A stretch of 64,000 nt of DNA from Octopus sinensis (GCF_006345805.1 NC_043000.1:73594001-73658000), one strand, 5' to 3'; positions 26,346-40,231 are shown, counted from the stretch's first letter. Translations and numbers: made by a program. The notes: generated by a model not told the origin, from the sequence alone.

Positions 26346-28336
26346 CAACAGCAACAGCAGCAACAACAACAAAACCAACAGTTGCTGGAATTAATGTTGA
26401 AGAAGTCTGAAAATACTTCTTACTTGCCAGACAATGTAGCAAACTCAATTGAAGAATTCAGTTATAATCCAAAAGAAGGATTTACCTTCTCTGCATATTT
26501 TCATAGATATGTGGAAATCTTCAAAGAAGAGTGTAAAAGTTGGTCCGACGAGAAAAACGTATGACTACTTTTAAGAAAGTTATCCCCCGCCAAACATAAA
26601 CAAATATATAGTAATTATATCTGCAAAGAAACCAAGTGAGACTTGTTTCGATGAAACAATATTTTATTGAAAATTTTCAGTGAAAGAAGTCCTCTATTCA
26701 ATATTCACGGCAATGTTTAAATTTGGTAAAAAAAAGATGATGAAGATTTCGTCACCTATGCCGGAGTGGTTAACAGTGTGTGAGAAATTTAAATTGAATA
26801 AGCTGAGCATAGACATGTTCAAGTGTTTAATTTTTGTTCAAGGGCTTACTATAAACAAAGATGAAAATATACAATCCCGGATATTAACAAAATTAGAACA
26901 GGACTAAAATTTAACTTTGCAGGCAGTAGCAGAAGAATGTCAAAGGATTATAAATCTACATGACGCAAATAAAATTTAAGAGAAAGATTGCTCTCATGTT
27001 CGAGCGTGTCAACCGGTATCGAATAAGAAAAAATGTTAAAATGAATCCATGTAAAATAGGCCATAAAAAGTCACATTGTAGGACAGAACCTAAAAAACAG
27101 CTCAACAGAAAAAAATCATAGCGGTGACAAAAAATACGAACAAACCGCAAAGAAATTTTGTGTATGAAAAAATTAATAACACAAACATAAAATTACAATT
27201 GGATACAGACAGCGATATCTCGATAATAAACACAGATACATGGAAAAAAATCAGGAGACCCAGATTAAATGAAACCTCGAAAATTGCCCATGGTGTTTCA
27301 GGAAAAAAAAATATTTTAAGGGTGTATATTTCATGAAAAAAACTTAAAAGCTAAAGTTTTTGTGTTAAATTATACCACAAATTTATTCGAAACTAACTGG
27401 ATGGAATTATTTAACAAATGGGATTTCCCCATAAATCTTTTCTGTAAAAATGTGAATGGTTTTTTCCTTCAGTACAAATAAGTCTGAATTTAAAAATATT
27501 TTTCCTGAAGTTCTGTCTAATAAATTAGATCTGTGCACTAAAACGAAGGCAAGGTTTCAAATAAAAGAAGATGCCATATCAAGCAAGAACAAACTGTACC
27601 GTCTGCAGTGTTAGAACAGATAAACTCAGAATTAGAGAGACTAGAAAAAAATTGGAGTTATCCAAAAAGTGGAATATAGTCAATGAGTATCACCAACTAT
27701 GTATGTTAATAATAATAATAAAAAAATCAGTGTATGTGTGCTAATTTTCCACCGGTTTAAATGAATTTCTTAAAATGTGCCACTATCTGCTACCTACGCT
27801 GGAAGATATTTTTGCGAAATCAAACGGTGGCAAGATATTTACTAAATTGGATTACTCGGATGCGTACCAACAAATTAGAGTAGATGATGAATGCTCTAAA
27901 TACCTAACAATTAACGCACATAAAGGACTGTATAAATACAACAGATTACCATTTGGCTTAAAAGTTGCACTAGCGATTTCTCAACAGATTATGGATGCAA
28001 TGTTAACAGACTGCAAATTCGCAGTTCCATGTCTGGATGATATACTCATTAAAAGTGAATCCAGGTATCAACACGCCGAGCATGTAAAATATGTATTAAA
28101 AAAAAAAAAAAAAAAAAAGTAGGGATTATGGCTTTACTTTGAGTGAAGAAAAGTTTGAATTTTTCTTACCGAAAATAAGATATATATAGGACAAATCATT
28201 GACAGAAATGAACGTTGACCAGATCCATCGAGGGCAGATACAATTAAGAATATGTCTCCTCCGACAAACATAGTGATTTTACAAGCATTTTTAGGACTAG
28301 TAAATTATTACCAACATTATATTCCAAATATACATA

Positions 28337-28745
28337 CTCTTTTACTCTTTTACTTGTTTCAGTCATTTGACTGCGGCCATGCTGGAGCACCGCCTTTAAT
28401 CGAGCAACTCGACCCCGGACTTATTCTTTTTGTAAGCCCAGTACCTATTCTATCGGTTTCTTTTGCCGAACCGCTAAGTAACGGGGACATAAACACACCA
28501 GCATCGGTTGTCAAGCAATGCTAGGGGGACAAACACAGACACACAAACACACACACGCATATATATATATACACATATATACGACGGGCTTCTTTTCAGT
28601 TTCCGTCTACCAAATCCACTCAAAAGGCTTTGGTCGGTCCGAGGCTATAGCAGAAGACACTTGCCCAAGGTGCCACGCAGTGGGACTGAACCCGGAACCA
28701 TGTGGTTGGTAAACAAGCTACTTACCACACAGCCACTCCTGCGCC
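28337..28745 (-). mobile_element. tRNA-derived SINE, full length, inserted in Gypsy pol
   Basis: Complete head and tail; 8 bp TSD TATACATA/TATGCATA. Confidence 0.9.
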
Positions 28746-29974
28746 TATGCATAAGGTAAGAGTTCCACTGAATAATCTACTGAAAAAGATATGAAATGGA
28801 AATTGTCAGAAGGCGTTTGACGAAATAAAAAAATGTTAACATCTGATTTGTCGTTAGCACATTTCAATCCTGCAGCAGAGATTGCTGTAGTTTCAGACGC
28901 GTCTGAGTAAGGTATAGGAGCAATAATGCTACATAAATATAAAGATGGTAACATGAAGGTGGTGATACATGCTTCACGTTCTCTGATATCAGCAGAGAAA
29001 AATTATAGTCAAATCGAAAAAGAACCTCTAGTGATTATTTTTGCTGTGACAAAATTTCACAGATTTTTACACGGTAGATGTTTTCATCTACAGACTGATT
29101 ATCGTCCATAATCATCAATATTTGGGCCAGAAAAAGGATCCCTACCCATGCTGCTAATAGGTTACAACGCTTGGGTATGATATTATTAAACTATGATTTC
29201 AAGATGGAGTATATACCATCCAAGAAATTAAGTTATGCTGATTGTCTATCAAGATTGATTTCAAAAAATGCGGAAACATTTAAAGATACCATGACCTCTG
29301 CTTTGGAAGTGGAAAATGAAATTTAAAATGCTTTGTATGGCATCATTTATGAACTGCCAGCTACTTTACAAGACATAAAATTAGAACTAGAAAACGATAA
29401 ATTCATTTAATCAACGAAAGAAATACCGAAGGCTAAAAGAGATAAAAATATGCGCAACACAAATGTAAACCATTTCTCATTGTATGACAATGTGTTGATG
29501 TATGCACAAAGAGTCGTAGTGCCAGCCACACTACAAAAGCTGTTATTAAAGGAATTTCATATTGGTCACCTAGGATTTCGAGAATGAAATCGTTAATGAG
29601 TAGTTATGTATATTGGCCAACAATGGACCGTGACATTGAAGAATCAGTGATAGCATGAAGAGGGTGTGCCTTAGCTGCAAAAGCGCCTACCACGAGATGA
29701 CAACTTTGGTTAAAAACAGATGTTCTATGGGCCAGACTGCAGTTTGATTATGCAGGTCCGCTCAAGGGTTCATATTACCTTGTTGTGGTGGACAGTTTTA
29801 TGTCAGATGAGTTCAGAAAACTTTGCGTTTTAACACCTGTGACTTTGAGAGAGTGAGCTCTCTCAAATAGCAAACAAGTATTGCGCATACATTGAGTATA
29901 CGTGTTCAATAATGTTTACAACACTAGTGGTGCTTCTTATTCATTTTTGAATATACATACATTCTTTTTTATTC

Positions 29975-30215
29975 TTTTCTTTTTATTTGTTCCAGTCATT
30001 TGACTGTGTCCATGCTGGAGCACCGCCTTTAGTCGAACAAATCGACCTCTTTGTAAGCCTAATACTTATCCTCTCGGTCTCTTTTGCTGGACTGCTAAGT
30101 TACGGGGACGTAAACACATCAACATCGGTTGTCAAGCGATAGTGGGGGGACAAACACAAACACAGACACACACAAACATACACATACACACACATATGAC
30201 GGGCTTCTTTCAGTT
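29975..30215 (-). mobile_element. tRNA-SINE 3' half
   Basis: cagtcatttgactgtgtccatgctggagcaccgcc...gacgggcttctttcagttt. Confidence 0.8.
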
Positions 30216-30984
30216 TTCAATGCAATTTATAAAGCCTTATAGCTAGTAGATTCAAAATAAAGATTACCTACACATTCCACTCCTCATCCCCACAAGGGAA
30301 AAAGATGTGCCACAATATATGAATCAACACTCGTTTTGCTCCATGCAGCATCCATTATCGCCAGAGACTCCCAACGTTAACGTGTTTATCCTGACCATAG
30401 ACATGGAAAATTTATGAGGCAGATATCACTTCTATAGACTTGAACCTAATAGAACCTAATAGAAATGCATAAAAATTAGTCATTATAAGGAAGTTGTAAA
30501 CCATAATCATACAATCTTCCTTAAACAGTAGGATAAAAAGATCATTAATAATTGGCTAATGACATGTGGCAATTAAAAGTATAGTACTAAATAAAAAAAA
30601 TCATATGATTTAAACTTTACCAAACAGGAAGAATTCTCAAAAGACTATACGTTAAATGAGGGATATTCGTGAAATGCTGGCACTTTGAAAACTATCTATT
30701 ATGCAACTGGGGAAACATCACCTTCACCTAACTAGAAGCACATAGAAGTATAGCCACTTGATATTACTTGACCTGATTTTCCTTTCAAATTTTCTCCTAT
30801 TAGCCACCTACTTTATTTTTCTCTTTATCTTCCTCTTCTAAACCTTTTTCCACCCTTGTTACTCCTCTTTCTTTGTTAAGTAAGTTATGTATAAATTGAA
30901 ATTCTACAAAATTTAATCTTTGATCAAGGTGAATAAATCTATTGACTTAAGTGTATATATTTCTTAATATATTGGACTTCAGAT

Positions 30985-31540
30985 CTATGAATCTGAAACA
31001 TGGACCTTGTACAGCAGACAGGAAAGGTGCCTTGGCATTTTCCATCTCAGATGCCTCCACAAGATCTTAGGCCTAACATGGTGCGACACGGTCACCAATG
31101 TTGAAGTGCTGGCGCAAGCAAATTTTCAAAGCATGACAGCATGACAGTATGAGAAAACTGAGGTGGCTGTAGCATGTCAGGAGAATGGATGACCATCGAA
31201 TCCCAAAGCAACCGCTCTATGGAGAACTGGCCCAGGGCAAGAGACTACGAGGAAGACCAAAACTGAGGTATAAGGACACTTGCAAAACTAGTTTCTCCAA
31301 GTGTGAGGTGGATATCAGCACCTGGGAAGAGAGAGAGCTGAGGACAGAACAACATGGAGTACTGTGGTGAAGGAAGGAACTGCTTTGCTGGAGAGCAGCT
31401 ACAGAAACAAACAAGTTGAGAAGCATCAGCGGCGAAAGGAAAACAACAGAAATGAAGTGCACTGAGCCACCCTCTTGGTATACAAGTACTGAGACAGAAG
31501 CTGTGCTTCGATCATTAGAAGAATCAGCCATGAAAAAAGC
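30985..31540 (+). mobile_element. RTE-BovB-like LINE 3' fragment
   Basis: YESETWTLYSRQ...FHLRCLHKILGLTW; MDDHRIPKQPLYGELAQGKRLRGRPKLRYKDTCK. Confidence 0.85.
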
Positions 31541-32159
31541 AGCAAGAAGAGGAGCCCCTGATATGTTCGATTAAGTGACCTCTAAGCTTATTTGACTGTC
31601 TGCATAGAGGAAATTACATTGGACTTATACTAAGTTAAAAGAAATCATTATTATATTCAATTTTCCTTTCGTGTTTGTAAGAAAAAAGAAAATGTTTTGA
31701 AATTTTGATATGATGGATGACAACAAAAATATAGAATAGGAAAAATGGGATTGAAAAGCTTTAGAATATATTGTTTCTAAATCAATATGGAAAATGATAT
31801 TGATCAGAAGAAATTTTTTTAATAATATAGACAATAAGATGAAGGACAAGATAGATCATAAAATATTAATTTTATTTAACAGCTGAAGCCAATATGTCAA
31901 ACTATTGAATATAATATCTATATTAGAGACTTGGATCAACTTGAGTAGAACATAGACAGTGAGTTGAATAGATATAAACTGACTTGAACGAAGAGAGAAA
32001 ACAAGAATTTTATTTGTCAATAAAAGCTTTAATATCAAGCGGTATGAAACATGACAACAGCTGTTGAGAATGTGATTGAATGTACTACAAAAGAAATCTG
32101 TATAGGAAAAAAAAAAACTAGAAAAATGTATTAGTAAGCAACACACACACACACACACA

Positions 32160-32208
<49 letters not shown>

Positions 32209-32282
32209 CACGCACGCACACACACATACATATGTACATACATACATTTATCAACTAAATTTAATTTTTGAAATATTTAAGG

Positions 32283-33536
32283 ATTTAAGGTGACCCGCTC
32301 TACGCGCGGGTGAGGTTGTGGTTGTTACTTTCTGTTGCTTCCTTTCTGTTTCTTATCGCCACATTCTCCCTCTTTGTTTCTCTCTCCTTTCTCTCTCACT
32401 TTCCCACTCTCTTACTCTTCCTTTCTCTTGGACTTTCCCTCACTTTCTCTAACTCTTTATCTTTTTCTATCTATCTCTCTGCCATTTATAAAAAAAAATT
32501 AGATTTCCGCTTTTAAATTACAAAACCGCTTCCACTTTACCATGTTGAAAATTTGATTGAAATCGGGCAAAAGGTGTCCGATCTAGACGACCAAGTGTCC
32601 CCCAAAATCAATAAAATCCCAGTTTTCACACCAAACCAACCACTGTAGCACCACAAAACGTCTCCCAATCAATTCCCCCCCTCAAGTTACCCCTTCCCGT
32701 AAATTTGAATCCCCTTCCAGCCCCATTTAGACCCCTTTTTACATAAAAATCCAATCTGTGTCTACGTTCGCCTCCTTCATTTTATAGATAGGATTGAATG
32801 CCAATCACGCCAATCTGGAAGGGCTTAGCGCCCTTGAATCTTCTCAGCATGGCAACCGCATCTTTCCAGATGGTGAGTTTTAACCTACTCAACTCATCAC
32901 GCCTTCTATGCCTGTGTCAATTTTCAGCTCGATCTGACCACTGGTGTGGCCGCCAATCTCTGACGTAGCAAAACGTGCACACAATTTTGACCCAAAGCCT
33001 CTTTTATATATATAGATAGCAGAGAAACCCGGTCTTGCTCGGGATTAAAAAGTTTATCATTGTTTATTTGTTTCGGTATTATAACTCAATTTCATTCGAG
33101 TCTACGCGGGCCACACTTTAAAAGAGAGGAATTTTGCCCTAGAGGCCACACCTTTCAATTGAGCAAACTCAAAGTTGTCATGCAAACTCGCCAGGGCTTT
33201 TAACATAGGTGTGCAAATTTTCAACTGAATCCTACCATATTTGCTAACACTTTTGCCTGTGAGACAAAGTCTGCCCTTTTCACAAATATGTAGTAGACTT
33301 ACAGAGATACCCGACCTTACTTGGGATTAAATGGTATAGTTTTTCATTGTTTTATTTGTTTGGTTAATATAAGCCGATTTCATACGGGTGTAATCGGGCC
33401 ACATTTTATAAGATGAGGAATTTTGTCCTAGAGGTCACGTCTTTCATTTGAGGAAAAAATAGTTGCCATGCAAACTCGCCAGCACTTTTAACATAGGTGT
33501 GCATATTTTCAGCTCAACCGACCACATAATGCACAC

Positions 33537-33628
<92 letters not shown>

Positions 33629-34345
33629 ATATGAATATATATATATATATATATATCTATATATATATATAATATATATATATGAATATATATATATATA
33701 TAATATATATATATATATACGCATTAAATATATATGTACATATATACGTATTATATGTGTGTGTACGCATTATATATACAAATGTATACAAATTATATAT
33801 ATATAAATACAGATATATACACTTTGTATATATATATATTATATATACATATTTATATATAGATACACACACACATATATAAATTAACCCAATAAATATC
33901 TGATTCATAATATTTGTTCTCATGATTGTGTTGTGGTGGTGGCGATATTAAAACTCTCTATGAATGCAGACAGACATACAGAGAGAGGGGGAGGCGGTGA
34001 GGGAAAGAGTGACAGCGCTGGCGATGGCGGCGGGAAAGATAGTAGTATCTGGCAAACGTCCTTATAGAGAGAAAGTGATGGGAAGGGATGAAACAGAGAG
34101 AGACAGAGGAAGACATGCAGATAAGAGAATGAGAGAAGACTTGTCAAAGTGTGCGTTTTTTGCCCTAGTAACCACACCTATTTAAGATAGGGGTTTCTAA
34201 CCTAGCCCACTGACACCCTCACCTCATTTTACATGTCCCTGTAAATTTTGGAGTCGATCCGACGGGATCTAGTAGCCTTTAACCCGTTCTCAATGCCAAA
34301 ACCAGACAAACAAACTGTTTGCATTTCAGAATTATAATATAGAGA
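32283..34345 (-). mobile_element. Composite non-autonomous Helitron, unit 1
   Basis: 5' TC at 34345; 3' hairpin ACCCGC..GCGGGT near 32295-32310; internal extra terminus-like junctions at ~33018 and ~33295. Confidence 0.75.
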
Positions 34346-35220
34346 CTAGCTTACGGTGACCCGCTCTAAGCGCGGGTAAGAGTGTGGTTGTTACTTTCTG
34401 TTGCTTCCTTTCTGTTGTGTATCACCACATTCTCCCTCTTTTTCTCTCTCCTTTCTCTCTCACTTTCCACTCTCTTACTCTTCCTTTCTCTCCGTCTCGT
34501 CCTCGCTTTCTCTTACTCTCTATCTTTCTCTGTGTATCTTTCTCCCATTTATAAACAACAAAAGATGTTGAGTAAGTTGAGAAATAAAATATTTTGAAAG
34601 ATCAATCATAAATATCAGGAAGTGACAACGGAAAGGTCTGCTTCAAGGCAGACAGCAAAATACTAACAATTAAAAGGGGCAGACGAACTTGCGAGCTGAA
34701 TAAAAATAAAAAAAATATTGGAAACCAAAGTTTGAAGGGATAGAATCTGAGGATAGTAGAGTCACCATGGCTGGCATTTCTTAACGACGGATAGCAACGT
34801 AGTGGCAGTTTAACGGCTGGAGTAAAATTTTGAACTTGAGGTAAAAGAAAATTCCTATACAATAAGTTTTGAAGTGATTCTTTCTCACGACAATAGACTC
34901 ACCATGGCAAGCATTCAAAACTTCTTCATCATGGACGGCAACACATTGACGATTTAAAGGCTGGCACAAATTCTTTAGTTTGCTGTAACAGAGAATTCCT
35001 AAACACCCTCTCCCGTAAATTTTAATCCCATTCCAGCCCCATTTAGACCCCTTTTCACCTTTTGGTTAATATAACCCAATTTCATTCGGGTCTACTCGGG
35101 CCACATTTTATAAGATGAGGAATTTTGTCCTAGAGGTCACGCCTTTCATTTGAGGAAAAAACAGTTGCCAGCGCTTTTAACATAGGTGTGCATATTTTCA
35201 GCTCAACCGAGTACATAATG

Positions 35221-35251
<31 letters not shown>

Positions 35252-35321
35252 TTATATATATTGTATATATATATATATATATATATACGCATTAAATACA
35301 TATATGTACATATATACGCAG

Positions 35322-35368
<47 letters not shown>

Positions 35369-35988
35369 CGTGTGTGTGTGTGTGTATGCATTATATATAC
35401 AAATGATATATATATATAAATACAGATATATACACTTTGTATTTATACATATTTATATATAGAACACATATATAAATTAACCCAATAAATATCACCACCA
35501 CCACACAATCATGAGAACAAATATTTGTTCTCATGATTGTGTGGTGGTGGTGGTGGTGGCGATAATAATTCTCTCTATGAATGCAGACAGACGTAGAGAG
35601 AGATAGATAGAGAGAGAGACAGAGAGAGGAGATGTGAGAGAAAGAGTGAGAGCGCTGGCGAAGGCGGCGGGGGAAAGATAGTTGATCTGTCACACGTCGT
35701 TATAGAGAGAAATGGAAGGAAAGGGAGGAGATAGAGAGAGAGAGAGCTGGAGGAAGACAGGCAGATAAGAGAATGAGAGTAACGAAAAAAGACTTGTCAA
35801 AGTGTGCGTTTTTTGCCCTAGTAACCACACCTTTTAAGATAGGGATTTCTAACCTAGCCCACTTACATCTCACCTCATTTTACATGTTCCTGTAAATTTT
35901 GGAGTCAATCCGACGGGATCTAGTGGTCTTTAACCCGTTCCAATTCCAAAACCAGACAAACAAACTTTTCGCATTTCAGAAATATAGA
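34346..35988 (-). mobile_element. Composite non-autonomous Helitron, unit 2 (head-to-tail with unit 1)
   Basis: 5' A|TC at 35988; 3' hairpin ACCCGC-gcttaga-GCGGGT then CTAG at 34346-34349. Confidence 0.8.
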
Positions 35989-36120
35989 TATTGATTGTTA
36001 GCGAAAACAATTCATAAAATGACTTGCTTTAATCCCTTTTGTAAGGATTTCAACATAGACCTGTTAAATTTCAAGCAGTACAATGAGTTTATATCGAAAA
36101 TTATCTAGACCTAGTGGAAC

Positions 36121-37268
36121 TATTTGGGTGTTCAGAAAGTAAATATGTTTTACCAGAAAGGTTATAAAAACAAATGCAAACTACATTTATCTGAATAATT
36201 TTAATCAAGAATGAAATTACCATCTTTTTCAATGATTGTAGCCGAACGGGAAAGTAACTTCTCTATGCCACATTCAAAGAAACCTATTTCTTTACATATA
36301 AAAAAGTCTGAAAGACTATTTTCAACTTTAATCTCTGTTTCTGAATGTTTTGACTCTTATAAAATGTTTTTGTGATTGCAATAGATAATCATATCTTTTC
36401 TTGGGTTTGTTTTGAAGAGTGTGGCCGTGCATTGTCATGCTGTTTACCAAAGGTGGCTACTTTTAATGTAATTTTTCATTTACACGGTCAAGTTGTTGGC
36501 AATAGACATCATTCGTGGTCCTTCCATATTCCAGTAACTCATAATGGATGATATCTTTCATGTTCCAGCAAACATAGAGCAAGGATTTTTGTGGATAGAA
36601 TTCTGGTTTTGGTGTTGGCACTGGCCTCTTATTACGTGATAATCATTGCCTTTTTCGTTTTCTGTTGTGATGCAAAACACATTATCATCTGTAACAATGT
36701 GCTGCAGAAATGACAGGTCATTATTCCTAGTTAGAAAACTGCCGTAGATGGTAGAACATTGATTCTCAAGTGCAAGCTAATGTGGAACACAAATTCTCTC
36801 TTTGCATGTTTCCCCAATTTGCTTGAGATGCTCGTGAATAGTTGAATATGACACATGAAATTTTTGCACTAAATTTCTGGTGCTTTGACGTGAATCTGGT
36901 TGCCATTCAGAGTAGGTTATCTTCCAGAGTGAAGCTTGTTAGCTATGTCACAATCACCATCTTCAAACCTTTTAAACCACAACTGACATGTATGAGCTTT
37001 CACTGCATCCAAATACACTTCACAAAAGATTTTCATTGCTTCTGTAGTGGCACTTTCCCTTCAAAATTATACAGTAAGCAATGGCAAATATGTTATTTCA
37101 TGCATGGAGTTAATTAACAAAATAACTGTGAATGACACACTGTTGGATAGAAAAGATGATACTATTTCTAGACAGTTCCCGCCCATTCGATGTTGGCTCT
37201 GACATAATTGGTTGATTCCTATTTCATAGTGGTGAAAAAACATAACTACTTTCTGAACACCCCAACAC
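36121..37268 (-). mobile_element. Mariner (DD34D-type) transposon, decayed, both TIRs present
   Basis: TIRs tatttgggtgttcagaaagta / tactttctgaacaccccaaca; minus-strand remnants FLQHIVTDD and QHDNARPH. Confidence 0.8.
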
Positions 37269-38016
37269 ATAGCATGTCCATAACTGCTTCACTTTACTAC
37301 TTCCCTCAAAAATACACATGCACTAATATACATACATGTACACACGCACTCATATGCATACATGCACTTACTTTTCAATTTCCTTATCTCTTCTTGCATC
37401 GCTCTCCATGCACTACTGCCATTATAACATGTCAACCAATGACACCAATTCACTTCTACTACCAAAGCATGTTAATTCAGTCCACTTCCATTTCTTCACT
37501 GTCTATTTTACCTCTGGCATTATCCACTGAATTTATCCCCTTCACCATCTTAGGACTCTCGCCTTCTGTGTAACATACTATTTTTTTCACCAGTGTTTTC
37601 ACTTTACTATTTTTAATATCTTTTTTCACTATTTGGACAGTTTTTTCATCAGTGTTTCAGTGTTTTTTCTTAAATACTACATTTTTCTTACCTTCCCTTT
37701 CACATCACATATGCATGGCCTACCACATCTTCCTTCCCTCCATGCCTTTCTCTCACATATACATTACAATTACACCTACACTCCATCTTATGTACGCCCA
37801 CTATCCTACACCACTACATCACATACTTGCATATCTCCACACACCTCCTTCCCTCAAGAAACAAACACACACTCCCGTGCTCATCTCTATGTACAGATAC
37901 TCTCCTATACATACACACACTACCTACCTTCACCCTTCCTAATTCCTCTACAAACTGTCTTCCTACCTGGGCCCTAACCTAATTTTTTTCTTACATCTTT
38001 TTCCTTATTCTTTTAT

Positions 38017-38053
38017 TTTTTCTGATGAAGGAATAGCATCCAAAACTTCAAGA
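38017..38053 (+). ncRNA. Decayed minimal hammerhead-like motif
   Basis: ttttt CTGATGA a GGA-atagca-TCC aaaac ttc aaga; GAAAC and GUC positions are mutated. Confidence 0.35.
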
Positions 38054-38134
38054 CACTTTTCTTTCTTTTTAAGCATTAAGCTAAAATAATGTTTGTTAAA
38101 ACTTTCCTTTCCATGTTGTTATCTTTTTGTGCAC

Positions 38135-38450
38135 TGTAGTTGAGAAGCAAGCTTTTCAACCATGTAATTTTGGATTCAGTTCCACAGCTTGGCACCTTGG
38201 CTATGTGTCTTCTACTATAACCCTGAAATGATCAAAGCCTTTTGAGTAGATTTCACAGATGAAAACTGGAAGAAAGTTACTGTACACACACACGCACACA
38301 CACACATATCTAACAGGCTTCTTTCAGTTTCTACCAGATTCACTCACTATGCTTTGGTCAGCTCACATAGTAGAAGACAGTTGCCCAAGGTTCCACACAG
38401 TGGGACTGAACCTAGAGCCATTTGGTTGGGGAGCAAATGCCTGAGCCTAC
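38135..38450. mobile_element. Two decayed tRNA-SINE heads in inverted orientation (+ 38135-38275, - 38310-38450)
   Basis: ggattcagttccacagcttggcaccttgg and its reverse-complement counterpart ccaaggttccacacagtgggactgaacc. Confidence 0.7.
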
Positions 38451-38481
38451 AGGAGAGCATCCATTACTATATATATATATA

Positions 38482-38539
<58 letters not shown>

Positions 38540-38676
38540 ATGTATATAAATATATATGTGTGTGTTTGTGTGTGCATATATACATGTTTGTATGTGTGTG
38601 CATTTATATGTATCATCATCATCGTTTAACGTCCACCTTCCATGCTAGCATGGGTGAGACGATTTGACAAGAGCCA

Positions 38677-38736
<60 letters not shown>

Positions 38737-38977
38737 TCTTAGGGTAGCAAGAATATTTATCGAAAAATTTCTTAGCTACCAGTGGTCTAGCGAGAAGGAA
38801 AAAATTTAGTCCATAAACTATACATTATTCAGAGAAGAATACAGTGTACATTCAAACACATGAGAGATACCCAGAAAATAGGATATCTGACTCACGAGAA
38901 AGAGCAGTTAAACTCCAAGCCACTAATTGTTGTAATTCCGAAAGTGATTGAAAAATAAAAACTTTTACCTTAATTAT

Positions 38978-39065
38978 CCTAGACTCTGGCAAGGTTTCTG
39001 CAGATATAAATACAGATTGAAATAAAATAATTTCAATCTATATCTGGCGCTGCTTCTTCAGTAGG
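38978..39065 (-). ncRNA. Type I hammerhead ribozyme motif (element A, left arm)
   Basis: CCUA-CUGAAGA...GAAACCUUGCCAGAGUC-UAGG; one mismatch in helix III. Confidence 0.6.
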
Positions 39066-39389
39066 TTGCCAGGACTGATCACATAGACACGGAGCGATAA
39101 ATGATCAGCCACGCGTCTATATGCTCTAATTTTTCGAATCCATCGGGTATCTCTTATGTGTTTGAATGTACACTGTATTCTTCTCTGAATAATGTCTAGT
39201 CTACGGACTATATATACTATGGACTATACTATACTAATGTTTTTTTTAGCTAATTTTGGAAGAAATCAGTAATTTATTTATTTACTGCCGGTTGAGTTCC
39301 GCATTTGCACAGTGGATTCGAAAAATTAGAGCATATAGACGCGTGGCTGATCATTTATCGTTCCGTGTCTATGTGTTCAGTCCTGGCAA

Positions 39390-39478
39390 CCTACTGAAGA
39401 AGCAGCGCCAGATATAGATTGAAATTATTTTTATTTCAATTTGTATTCAAGTCTGCAGAAACCTTGCCAGGGTCTAGG
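39390..39478 (+). ncRNA. Type I hammerhead ribozyme motif (element A, right arm)
   Basis: Helix I CCUA/UAGG; CUGAAGA 39394-39400; long hairpin helix II closed by GCAG/CUGC; GAAA 39458-39461; helix III ACCUU/AGGGU; GUC, cleavage predicted after 39474. Confidence 0.7.
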
Positions 39479-39615
39479 ATTAAGGTAAAAGTTTTTATTT
39501 TTCAATCACTTTCGGAATTACAACAATTAGTAGCTTGGAGTTTAACTGCTCTTTCTCGTGAGTCAGATATCCTATTTCCTGAGTATCGCTTATGTGTTTG
39601 AATGTACACTGTATT

Positions 39616-39674
<59 letters not shown>

Positions 39675-40168
39675 ATGTATAAATATACATATACTTACAT
39701 ATTCGTGTGTGTGTGTGTGTACATGTGTGCATGTGTTACTACCAGTGGAAACTATATAGATACTGAGTTGCAATCTTTATATCCTACTTAATGTAGATAT
39801 GTTTTAAGAATATCACAATACTGCTATATTTATCTTGAGAAAGTATTTTCTATAGAAATGTAGTGGAAAAACGCACAGAAATATCAATTGGGGAAAAAAT
39901 GTCCAGCACCATCAGTGGAACTCTTGATACTGGAAATTTTATGCCCACTCCATATATTTTTGTGCTTTTTAGCACTAAATGTATATAATATATGCTTTTG
40001 CATAATGAATACCACAGTATTATAGCATTCTTAAAGTATATCCACTTTAAATATATAAATATATATATATTGATAAAACGGTAAGATAACAAAAGAAAGA
40101 AAGAGACCTCAATATTATGTAAATAGAGGAAATTTATCTATACAATATGTTACATTACTCGGTAGTCA

Positions 40169-40231
40169 AGATAAAACTCTGAGTTTCAGATGCCGAAGTG
40201 GAAATCCACAACACCATCTCTTCGGTTATCT
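40169..40231 (-). ncRNA. Type I hammerhead-like motif (element B, left arm; U4C)
   Basis: Exact mirror of 40536-40598. Confidence 0.55.

Larger units (their letters stand above)
25623..29820 (+). mobile_element. Ty3/Gypsy LTR retrotransposon, decayed (gag, protease, RT, RNase H, start of integrase); candidate 5' LTR 25623-25846 and PBS TGGTGATTAG at 25848
   Basis: FSYNPKEGFTFSAYFHRY (gag); LQLDTDSDISII (protease); FTKLDYSDAYQQI...YNRLPFGL...LDDILI (RT); DAS..GIGA...NYSQIEKE...TDYRP (RNase H); DYAGPLKGSYYLVVVDSF (integrase). The LTR call itself is weaker than the element call. Confidence 0.88.
38835..39618. mobile_element. Fold-back element A: ~307 bp inverted arms (38835-39142, 39313-39618), hammerhead in each arm
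   Basis: Arms are slightly diverged reverse complements; the spacer holds a short inverted copy of 38822-38872; (TA)n lies directly after the right arm and ~100 bp before the left arm. Confidence 0.85.
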
